Shown here: piece after piece, positions 34,554 through 41,713 of the stretch | Layout of the letters: each line of letters starts with the position of its first letter | Position numbering within the stretch: the first letter of the stretch is position 1 | Notes under the pieces: generated by a model | The model's database searches: none | What the model was told of the DNA's origin: nothing | The model's input: only the letters and a program-made list of their open reading frames with translations | Translations under genes and position numbers: made by a program | Assembly (NCBI GenBank): GCA_039931375.1 | Contig: JBDTSC010000001.1 | Span: forward strand, 1-45,034 | Direction: 5' to 3' | Length of the DNA: 45,034 bases | Origin: Ardenticatenales bacterium | GTDB lineage: Bacteria > Chloroflexota > Anaerolineae > Epilineales > Epilineaceae

Positions 34554-34993
34554 CAGCGAGCGGCGGCGAAGAAGACGACGGCGTGCAGTGCCGCAAGGGC
34601 GGCGAACCCAGCCATGACCGCCCGGTCGCCGCGACGCCGCCCAAGGTAGAACTGGCTGGCCGCGCGTATCGCGTAGAACCCGGCGATCCAAAGGGCCACG
34701 AGCCGCCCGGCCGGCATCGTCATCCAGCGTGAGGCGAGCACGTCGGCGAGGCCGATCGATACGATCGTGTAGCTGACGCAGTGGTTCATGACGAGCGCGA
34801 TGCCATACACGTCACCGCGCGTCGTGGCGTAGCGGACGCCCGGCAGCCGCAGCGGGCGAAGCGGCGGTCCGTCGACGGGGATGGCGGCGCGGAAGTCCAG
34901 GAGCCACGGGAAAAAGAAGTGGAGGGCGCCGAGGCCGACGGCGAAGATGCCGGCGGCGCGGAGGGCGAGGAGCATCGTCGTCGCGAAGTTCAC
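34553..34993 (-). CDS. Small polytopic membrane protein (about 4 TM), unknown family
   Basis: GTG 34993 overlaps the GNAT stop (GTGA). Hydrophobic segments MLLALRAAGIFAVGLGALHFFFPWLL, VYGIALVMNHCVSYTIVSIGLADVL, LVALWIAGFYAIRAA, VMAGFAALAALHAVVFFAAA. Confidence 0.55.
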   Translation of the reverse strand: MNFATTMLLALRAAGIFAVGLGALHFFFPWLLDFRAAIPVDGPPLRPLRLPGVRYATTRGDVYGIALVMNHCVSYTIVSIGLADVLASRWMTMPAGRLVALWIAGFYAIRAASQFYLGRRRGDRAVMAGFAALAALHAVVFFAAAR

Positions 34994-35679
34994 GTCGTCT
35001 CGCTCCCGAGCGCCACGGCATCGAGGCGCATAACGTGTCGCCGTATCCCCGCCCGCCCGACTTCGCGAAAGCCGGCCGCCTCGAAGGTATGGACGAAGCC
35101 CATGAACCGGTAACTGGGTGAGTCGGGATCGACGGGGTAGGCCTCGACCACCGTCGCCCCGTGCAGCCGCGCGTGCTCGACGGCCGCTTTGAGCAGGCGC
35201 GGCATGATGCCCTGTCCACGCATCGCCTTCGGGATGAAAAAGCACACGACCGACCAGACACTTTCGACCCGCGCGCCGTTCTCGCGCCCGCGTTGGACCG
35301 GGTCGGCGTTCGGGGCGTGCCCGCCGTCGCCGTCGACGCCGCCCATCGGCCGATACGTCTCGCGCGGCGCGATCGAGCACCACGCCACGGGCACGCCGTC
35401 GCGGTAGCCGAGAATGCCGACTGGGACGCCACCCTTCACCCGCCCTTCGAGCGCCGAGCGGCGCGCCGTGCCGCTCGTGTCCTTGGCCTCGGCGGTGGTG
35501 GCCCTCCACACCATGCACCAACACGCCTTCGGTCCGCCGCGCGCCTCGAAGAGGGCTACAAGGTCGGACCAGCGGGCGGCCGTGACAGGGTGGAATGCAA
35601 GGGCCTCGTCGTCACCGGTGGCACCATCGGCAACGGCGCGGCGGGCGGCGCGGTCGGAATGGTCGCCGCCGTCGCTCAC
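34990..35679 (-). CDS. GNAT-family N-acetyltransferase (CWCM-motif subgroup)
   Basis: GTG 35679 overlaps the lipoprotein stop (GTGA); the track's TTG at 35697 is an alternative start. WSDLVALFEARGGPKACWCMVWR; the acetyl-CoA site region is FFIPKAMRGQGIMPRLLKAAVEHARLHGATVVEAYP. Confidence 0.7.
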   Translation of the reverse strand: MSDGGDHSDRAARRAVADGATGDDEALAFHPVTAARWSDLVALFEARGGPKACWCMVWRATTAEAKDTSGTARRSALEGRVKGGVPVGILGYRDGVPVAWCSIAPRETYRPMGGVDGDGGHAPNADPVQRGRENGARVESVWSVVCFFIPKAMRGQGIMPRLLKAAVEHARLHGATVVEAYPVDPDSPSYRFMGFVHTFEAAGFREVGRAGIRRHVMRLDAVALGSETT

Positions 35680-36200
35680 ATGCACGTTCGGCCCCAAACC
35701 GTGCCTGTCAGGCGCGCGAGCCGCGCGGCAAACGCACCGGAGCGGAACAGCGCGACATCGTGGCTCTCGAGCGTGATCGTCCCGATCGCGCTGTTAACCG
35801 ACACGGACTTGGGGTCGTCGGACATCGCGGACACCGTCCAGTAGCTGCCATCGAAGTCGACCGAATCGTCCAGCCCGCAGTGGTCCGTGGCGAACGCGTA
35901 GGTCCGTCCGATCTCGGCCGGCTGTGACGCCGGCGGGCCAAGGTCGTGGCGAGGGCGTCCGAGGGTCGACGGCGGGGGAACGGGCGTGAGCGGCGGCAGG
36001 GGCTGATTCGGCGCCGAAACGACCTCGGGCGGAAGATGGGTCGGCTTAACATACGGAACGCTGATGTCCCAGGTCGGTTCCGGCGTCGGTGGTGCGATTG
36101 TCGGCCCGGCGCTGCATGCACCGGCGATGGCGCTCACGAAGAGCCATCCTGCGAAGCGGGTGCTTGTCGACGATCGCGCGCTGCTCATCTGCTTCTCCAT
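35676..36200 (-). CDS. Hypothetical lipoprotein
   Basis: Signal with lipobox-like AIAGAC, Pro-rich linker (PPTPEPT...PLPPLTPVPPPS), about 80-aa globular C-terminus. First gene of a 4-gene overlapped cassette. Confidence 0.55.
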   Translation of the reverse strand: MEKQMSSARSSTSTRFAGWLFVSAIAGACSAGPTIAPPTPEPTWDISVPYVKPTHLPPEVVSAPNQPLPPLTPVPPPSTLGRPRHDLGPPASQPAEIGRTYAFATDHCGLDDSVDFDGSYWTVSAMSDDPKSVSVNSAIGTITLESHDVALFRSGAFAARLARLTGTVWGRTCM

Positions 36201-36415
36201 GAATGGCCGTCGCCTGGGCGCCGGCCCTATCGTGCCGTTCTTGCCGCCAAACGTCGAACCGTGATCGCTCCTTCGTATCGTCCGCGTCCCGTCAGCATCC
36301 CGTCAGTCACCCCGCCGTCTCGACGCGCGTCTTGCTCTATCGTCGGCCCGATGCCGACCGCGGCGCCGTCGCGACGATGGCGTCGTCCCTCTCCCTCCCC
36401 CCCAGGAGACCGCTG

Positions 36416-36934
36416 ATGACCTCCCCCCTGAACGCTGTACGCACCCTGTTCGCCGCCCTGACCCTCGCCCTCGTCGCCACGTTCGTGGCTGCGCCGCACG
36501 CAGCCTTCGCCGCCACCGGGACCCCCAACCCGGACGTGGTCTTGGCCCACGACGGCGTGCTGGCCAACGCGAACGGCGGCGCGAGCGCGTCGTTCACGCC
36601 GGTGCTGCAGGCGTGCCGGACCTACACCGTGCGCCTGAACTACGACATGCGGCCCAGCGGCATGCCGGTCGAGGAGGCCATCGGCTTCCAGGTTTGGAAC
36701 AACAATGGCGACACGATGCTCACTGACAGCCCGTACGGTGAGCGGCTCTGGGAAGGGCCGTCGCAACGCTACTACCTGCAGAGCATTCGCCGCACGGACA
36801 TCGCCTCGATCGAGGAGGTGACGTTCCAGGTGCCGTGCTCCGAGACGAACCCCAACTACACGATCCAGCTCTTCAACTACGAGCCGGACAGCACGCTCCA
36901 CTTCACGCTGAGCTTGCCGACGGACGCGCAGTAG
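36416..36934 (+). CDS. Hypothetical small secreted protein
   Basis: ATG 36416, 7 nt after AGGAG (36404-36408). Signal peptide MTSPLNAVRTLFAALTLALVATFVAAPHAAFA. Beta-rich 140-aa mature part with 2 Cys. No family recognised. Confidence 0.6.
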   Translation: MTSPLNAVRTLFAALTLALVATFVAAPHAAFAATGTPNPDVVLAHDGVLANANGGASASFTPVLQACRTYTVRLNYDMRPSGMPVEEAIGFQVWNNNGDTMLTDSPYGERLWEGPSQRYYLQSIRRTDIASIEEVTFQVPCSETNPNYTIQLFNYEPDSTLHFTLSLPTDAQ

Positions 36935-36984
36935 CACCAGCCAAGCGCGATGCCACCGTGTGACACGTTTCCTCCCCTGGGACC

Positions 36985-37002
36985 GCCGAGCCCCAGCTCG
37001 GC
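36985..37002. terminator. Small hairpin GCCGAGC-CCCA-GCTCGGC downstream of the secreted-protein gene
   Basis: 7-bp stem, 4-nt loop, no U-tract. Confidence 0.25.
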
Positions 37003-37117
37003 CCCGACGATTCACACGGTCAGACTAGCCGGCTGGGAATGACAAGCCGACGACCTCGCGCGCCCCATCCCGGATGACCGGATCGGCGCGTATCGGCCGC
37101 CGACACGTCCGAACAGA

Positions 37118-37151
37118 CGCCGCGGGCTGGTGGACGCACCAGCCCGCGGCG
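37118..37151. terminator. Perfect 15-bp stem / 4-nt loop hairpin between convergent genes (bidirectional terminator candidate)
   Basis: CGCCGCGGGCTGGTG (37118-37132) - GACG - CACCAGCCCGCGGCG (37137-37151). It lies between the stops at 36934 (+) and 37214 (-). Confidence 0.55.
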
Positions 37152-37213
37152 CATTCGTTCATCTCGTCGTATAGGCCGCGACGTCACGCGCGTACCAGCC
37201 ACGTGCGTACCAG

Positions 37214-37921
37214 TCACCCGCCGAGCGTCGTACTCCCATCGTCCGCCCCCAGCCGGCTCACCGCCACGAGCATCAAGTACATCGCCCCCAGCCAGAGCGA
37301 GGCGAGCAGAGAGAAGACCGTCGCCCTCGGATCGGCCAACGGGTGGAAAATGCGGTGGGCGATGTCGCCCAGGAGGGCGCCGGGCCGGGTGAGGACGTCC
37401 CAGCTGTTCCAGCGCAGGAAGCGGCCCAGGTAGATGCCGAAGCCGCCGAGGGCAAGCGCGCCGACGGACACCGCCCAGCCGGACACCACCCCGTAGGCGC
37501 GCGACACGGCCATCTGCATGACGTACAGCGACACGAGCCCCAGGAAGAAGCCCGTCCACGCGAACGTAACGTACATCATGAGGTCGTACCAGTCCGGCGC
37601 TTCAACCGCTGGGCGGAGGTGGATCAGGTCGGTCACCAGGTACGGCGCGTTCGGCCAGAAGCCGAGCCAGACGACGCCACACGCCATGAAGGCGGCGCGT
37701 GCACCAAGCCCCCGGCGCGTTCGCAGGTTGTAGGCTCCCAGCGCCGCCGCCGCCGGCAGCCACGCCAGGAACAGGTTCCACAGCAGCCAGCTGTGCGTCG
37801 CCTGATGCGTCCACGCCCAGCGCGCCACGACCAGCGCCAGGCACAGCGCCGTGGCGAGGACGAGCGATCCGAGGACGGCGAGTTGGCGCCGGTGGCGCAG
37901 CCCGAGATGCAGCATCGACAT
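37214..37921 (-). CDS. DUF1361-family integral membrane protein
   Basis: Start at MSMLHLGLRH (ATG complement of 37919-37921). WLLWNLFLAWLPAAAAL is the family hallmark. Six hydrophobic segments. Confidence 0.75.
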   Translation of the reverse strand: MSMLHLGLRHRRQLAVLGSLVLATALCLALVVARWAWTHQATHSWLLWNLFLAWLPAAAALGAYNLRTRRGLGARAAFMACGVVWLGFWPNAPYLVTDLIHLRPAVEAPDWYDLMMYVTFAWTGFFLGLVSLYVMQMAVSRAYGVVSGWAVSVGALALGGFGIYLGRFLRWNSWDVLTRPGALLGDIAHRIFHPLADPRATVFSLLASLWLGAMYLMLVAVSRLGADDGSTTLGG

Positions 37922-38048
37922 CGATGAACGCTCCGTTTCGGTGAAGGGCGGGACGAGCGGGGCGGGGCGGTTCGGGAGCGGTGTGCGGCCGGCGGACCCG
38001 CGAAAGCGAACTGGGCCGTGTGAAGCCTTGTCCGTTGCGGCCGTCGAA

Positions 38049-38624
38049 TCAGTCGAGCAGCGCGACCACGGCCGAATGCCCACCGGCCTCCGCCACCTCG
38101 CGCGCCGTCTTGCCCTGGAAGTCCTGCCACGCGAGGTCGGGCGTGTCGTTCGCGAGCAGGTAGCGGACGATCGGCTCGATGCCGCGGCGCGCGGCGTTGT
38201 GGAGGGCAAACGACACGCCCTCCCGCGCGCCGCGACCGTGCAACGAGGCGACGAGATCCGCATCGCCGGACAGTGCGGCGTGGGCCAGGAGCGGGATGCC
38301 GTGGGCGCCTGGTTCGCCGATGCGCGCGGGGTCGTCGGCGAGCAGACGATCGACCTCGTCCGCGCGACCGAGCATGGCGGCGGTGCAGATGCTCAGCTGC
38401 GCGCCTTGGCCGAGCAGGAACTCGGCGATCGGGCGGTTGCCGACGTGGGCGGCGGCCTGGACGGCGGTTTCGATGTCGCCGGGGCGCCACTCATGGCCCA
38501 CATTGAGCAGCGTCGGGTGCTGGGCGAGGAGGGTTTGGACCGTCGCCAGGTCGCTGTGGCCGGCGGCGACGAAGGTGCGTACGATGTCGGGGGCGATGGG
38601 ATCAGCCGATGATGGCTCGGGCAT
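38049..38624 (-). CDS. Ankyrin-repeat protein
   Basis: Repeated helix-turn-helix units: TAVQAAAHVGNRPIAEFLLGQGAQL, TAAMLGRADEVDRLLADDPA, PLLAHAALSGDADLVASLHGRGA, ALHNAARRGIEPIVRYLLAN, GKTAREVAEAGGHSAVVALL. Confidence 0.8.
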   Translation of the reverse strand: MPEPSSADPIAPDIVRTFVAAGHSDLATVQTLLAQHPTLLNVGHEWRPGDIETAVQAAAHVGNRPIAEFLLGQGAQLSICTAAMLGRADEVDRLLADDPARIGEPGAHGIPLLAHAALSGDADLVASLHGRGAREGVSFALHNAARRGIEPIVRYLLANDTPDLAWQDFQGKTAREVAEAGGHSAVVALLD

Positions 38625-38710
38625 CGAGTCTCTCCTGATCGGGCGGTTCGTTTGCAGCGTCGCGGACTATGCTACGTCGGCGCACCGCCCGGCAACAATG
38701 AGGATCGTCC

Positions 38711-39532
38711 ATGTCCACACCCACGGAACGCAGCCGGCTGGCCGGCACGCGATGGGACCCCGCCCAATACATGCGCTACGGCGACGAACGCCTGCGCCCG
38801 GCGATCGATCTGCTGGCGCGCGTCCAGCCCGCCGCTCCGCGCACCGTCGTCGACCTCGGCTGCGGGACCGGCAACATCACGCGCCTGTTGGCGGAGCGAT
38901 GGCCCGACGCCGCCGTCATCGGTGTCGACCACTCGGCGCAGATGCTCGCCGCCGCCGCCGCCGAGCCATCGACCGTGCGCTGGGTCGAGGCGGACGCGTA
39001 CGACTGGGCGCCGGCCGCGCCGGTCGACGTGCTCTTCAGCAACGCCACGCTGCAATGGTTGCAGGGCCACGATGTCCTGCTGCCGCGCTGGCTGGGCCAC
39101 GTCGCGCCGGGCGGCTGGCTGGCGGTCCAGATGCCGCTGAACTGGGGCGCACCGTCCCATCGCCTCATGCGCGAAACGCTCGCGGACGGCGGGCCGGGCG
39201 GCCGCCCGCTCGGCTCGCCCGAACTGCGCGCCTCGCTGGCAGAGCCGTGGGTCGCGGAGCCGGAGCGCTACTACGACATCCTGGCCGGCGCGGCGGACGA
39301 CGTCGACGTTTGGGAGACGACCTACCTCCATATCCTGGACGGTGAGGATCCGGTCGTCGAGTGGGTGAAGGGGACGGGCTTGCGGCCCGTCCTGAACGCG
39401 CTGGAGGACGGCGAGCGGGCGACGTTCATGGCCGAATACGCGCGGCGGGTGCGTGCGGCGTATCCGCGCGGGGTGGATGGGCGGACGGTGTTTCCGTTCC
39501 GGAGGGTGTTCATGGTGGCGCGGGGGCGGTAG
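38711..39532 (+). CDS. tam: Trans-aconitate 2-methyltransferase-like SAM-dependent methyltransferase
   Basis: WDPAQYMRYGDERLRPAIDLLARV, SAM motif I VVDLGCGTGNIT, VDVLFSNATLQWL, TTYLHIL, VFPFRRVFMVA. This is the Tam family layout. Confidence 0.8.
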   Translation: MSTPTERSRLAGTRWDPAQYMRYGDERLRPAIDLLARVQPAAPRTVVDLGCGTGNITRLLAERWPDAAVIGVDHSAQMLAAAAAEPSTVRWVEADAYDWAPAAPVDVLFSNATLQWLQGHDVLLPRWLGHVAPGGWLAVQMPLNWGAPSHRLMRETLADGGPGGRPLGSPELRASLAEPWVAEPERYYDILAGAADDVDVWETTYLHILDGEDPVVEWVKGTGLRPVLNALEDGERATFMAEYARRVRAAYPRGVDGRTVFPFRRVFMVARGR

Positions 39533-39561
39533 ATCGCCGGGCTTCCCTGGGCGGACGGCGC

Positions 39562-40638
39562 CTACGGTCGGTCCCCCGCCGCCGCCCGCCACGTCGCCAG
39601 CGCCGCCCGCGTCGCGTCCAACCGCGCCCGCCACGCCGCCTCGTAGACCGCCCACGCCGCATGCCCCTCGCGCCACGCCGCGTACCGCGCCCCCGCCGCC
39701 GCCCAGCGCGCATCGAGCGCGTCGAGCAGCGGGACGATGGCGTCGTACCGACCGGCTGACTCGAAGAGACCGCGCAGCATCGCTCGTCGATCGCCAAGGC
39801 CAAGCGGCAGGTCGACCGCGGCGGCGACGGCGGCGATGTCGGCGCGGCCCAAATAGAGGCCGGCGTCCACCGCATAGAGGAGTGCGTCGAGGACATCTCG
39901 GAGGCGAACGGACGCCCCGCCGGGTACGCCGTCGACGAACATCTTGTCGGATGTGTCGTCGGATGTGTTGTCGGCCGCGTCGTCGGCCGACCGGCCGTCG
40001 AGAGCCGCCACGTCGTCTAACCGCGGGCCGGCCGGCCCATCGCCTCGATCGTTGGAGCGGTACAGCGGCCGAGGCGGCAGCAAGGGTACGACGTCGCCCG
40101 AGCGCACCGGCAACCGATCGAGCGGCAGCCGGTCGCCGAGCGTCAGCACGGCGTCCAGGGTCGCGCGCGCCGCGGCGGAGTAGAGCGGGTGGACGGCGGG
40201 TCCGGCGGCCGCGACGGCGTCGGCGAAGAGCGGCAGCCAGACCAGAAGGTGGTCGGTGAGGATCGGTGTACCGGCGTCACCCAGTTCGGTCAGCGCCAGC
40301 AGCGACACGCCGAGATGGTCGACGGCGGGCACGCGCAGGCCCGGCGGCGGCGACCAGCCGGCCGCCGCCAACGTGGCGCGAAACCGCGCCGTCGCGGGCG
40401 CATCGAGCATCGCGGACGGGTCGATGAAGACGCTCTCGTGCGGCGGAACGTGACGGCTGACCAGGTCGAGCCAGGCCACGGCCAAATCAACGCGCACCGC
40501 GTCGCCGCCTGCCGCCGGAACGTGCTCGGCCACGGCGGGCGCAGTGCGCAGCGCAGCCATGACCTCATCGTCCGGCTCCGCGAGCCAGACGCGGGCGAGG
40601 AGGCGCAGGTCCGCACCATCGGCGCGCGCGGTCAACAA
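39562..40638 (-). CDS. TorD/DmsD/NarJ-family redox-enzyme maturation chaperone with ~170-aa C-terminal extension of unknown function
   Basis: TTG start. LLARVWLAEPDDEVMAAL, PPHESVF and DHLGVSLLALTEL correspond to conserved TorD-family blocks. The C-terminal half has no family I recognise. Confidence 0.6.
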   Translation of the reverse strand: MLTARADGADLRLLARVWLAEPDDEVMAALRTAPAVAEHVPAAGGDAVRVDLAVAWLDLVSRHVPPHESVFIDPSAMLDAPATARFRATLAAAGWSPPPGLRVPAVDHLGVSLLALTELGDAGTPILTDHLLVWLPLFADAVAAAGPAVHPLYSAAARATLDAVLTLGDRLPLDRLPVRSGDVVPLLPPRPLYRSNDRGDGPAGPRLDDVAALDGRSADDAADNTSDDTSDKMFVDGVPGGASVRLRDVLDALLYAVDAGLYLGRADIAAVAAAVDLPLGLGDRRAMLRGLFESAGRYDAIVPLLDALDARWAAAGARYAAWREGHAAWAVYEAAWRARLDATRAALATWRAAAGDRP

Positions 40639-40680
40639 CGTCCCGCGGCGGTCGGCGCCGTGACCTTCGTCGGCGGCCTC

Positions 40681-41661
40681 TCAGTTCTCCGTATCGTCTT
40701 CACCCTTCTTTGGCACGCTGGCGATGTACGCATGGATCGCCTCAAGCTCGTCGTCGCTCAGCGCGTCGGAGTAGTCCTTCCACGGCATCTCGTCGGGATC
40801 GAGCTTGTTGTCGGTCGGATCGACGCCGTTGCGGATCGTGTCGCGCCATTCCTCTGGCGACCACTTGTCGGCGTAGACCGTCAGGTCGGGACCGGAAGGT
40901 CCATTGCCGCCGGTCTTGCCGTGGAAGTCGTCGCCGTGGCACTCGCCACAGGCCATGACCGTCGAGAGGTACTTGCCCCATTTCTTGGGCGATTCCGTGT
41001 CCGGCGGGTCGATCACGTCCTCGATCGGTTCCTGGACGGACAACGGGAACATCCCGGCGCCGATCAGGAGCGTCGCCATCGGCCCGAGCTCGCGCTGGGG
41101 CACCTGCTCGTCGACCGCGGGCTGGCTGCGCAGATAGGTGATGATCGCCGCGGTGTCCTCGTCGCTCAAGCTGTGGAAGTACGGTGACGGCATGATGATC
41201 AGCGGCCGCCCGTCGATGCCGATGCCTTCGCGAATCGCGCGCGCGATCCGGCCGTCGGAGCGATCGCCGATCACGCCGCCGGGCGTGAGGTTGGGCGGGT
41301 AGAGCGCGCCGAGCCCCTCCAGGAAGTTGTCCTTCGTGCTCCCGTCGAGCGGGGGGTCACCGGTCCCCGAATGGCAGCCCGCGCACGCCTCGGCCAGGTG
41401 CGCGCCACGATCGAGCGCCTCGGCCGACGCTTCGACCTTGATCTTGGGGATGGGATGATCGTCCTGGTTGCGCAAGCGATAGAGCCCGATCATCAGGACG
41501 ATCGCCGCAGCTGCTGCCGCCAGCGTGACGAGCACGCCGACGATCGCCGCGATCCAGCGGCCCCACGGGTTCGCGATCCGCCACCCGCGCCGCGCCGCCC
41601 AGGCGGCGACGAGGGCCAGAGCGATCGCGCCAACAACGAGACCCACCACGCTCATGTTCAT
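40681..41661 (-). CDS. Membrane-anchored di-haem c-type cytochrome
   Basis: Two N-terminal TM helices with an Arg-rich connecting loop, then two CxxCH sites (CAGCH, CGECH). The first haem domain resembles the cytochrome c subunits of membrane dehydrogenases (PPNLTP...IIMPSPYFHSLSDEDTAAIITYLRS). Confidence 0.85.
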   Translation of the reverse strand: MNMSVVGLVVGAIALALVAAWAARRGWRIANPWGRWIAAIVGVLVTLAAAAAAIVLMIGLYRLRNQDDHPIPKIKVEASAEALDRGAHLAEACAGCHSGTGDPPLDGSTKDNFLEGLGALYPPNLTPGGVIGDRSDGRIARAIREGIGIDGRPLIIMPSPYFHSLSDEDTAAIITYLRSQPAVDEQVPQRELGPMATLLIGAGMFPLSVQEPIEDVIDPPDTESPKKWGKYLSTVMACGECHGDDFHGKTGGNGPSGPDLTVYADKWSPEEWRDTIRNGVDPTDNKLDPDEMPWKDYSDALSDDELEAIHAYIASVPKKGEDDTEN

Positions 41662-41713
41662 GCTCTTGCTGCTCCGCTTGTTCCGTTCGGTTCATCGACG
41701 AACATGCCCGCCA

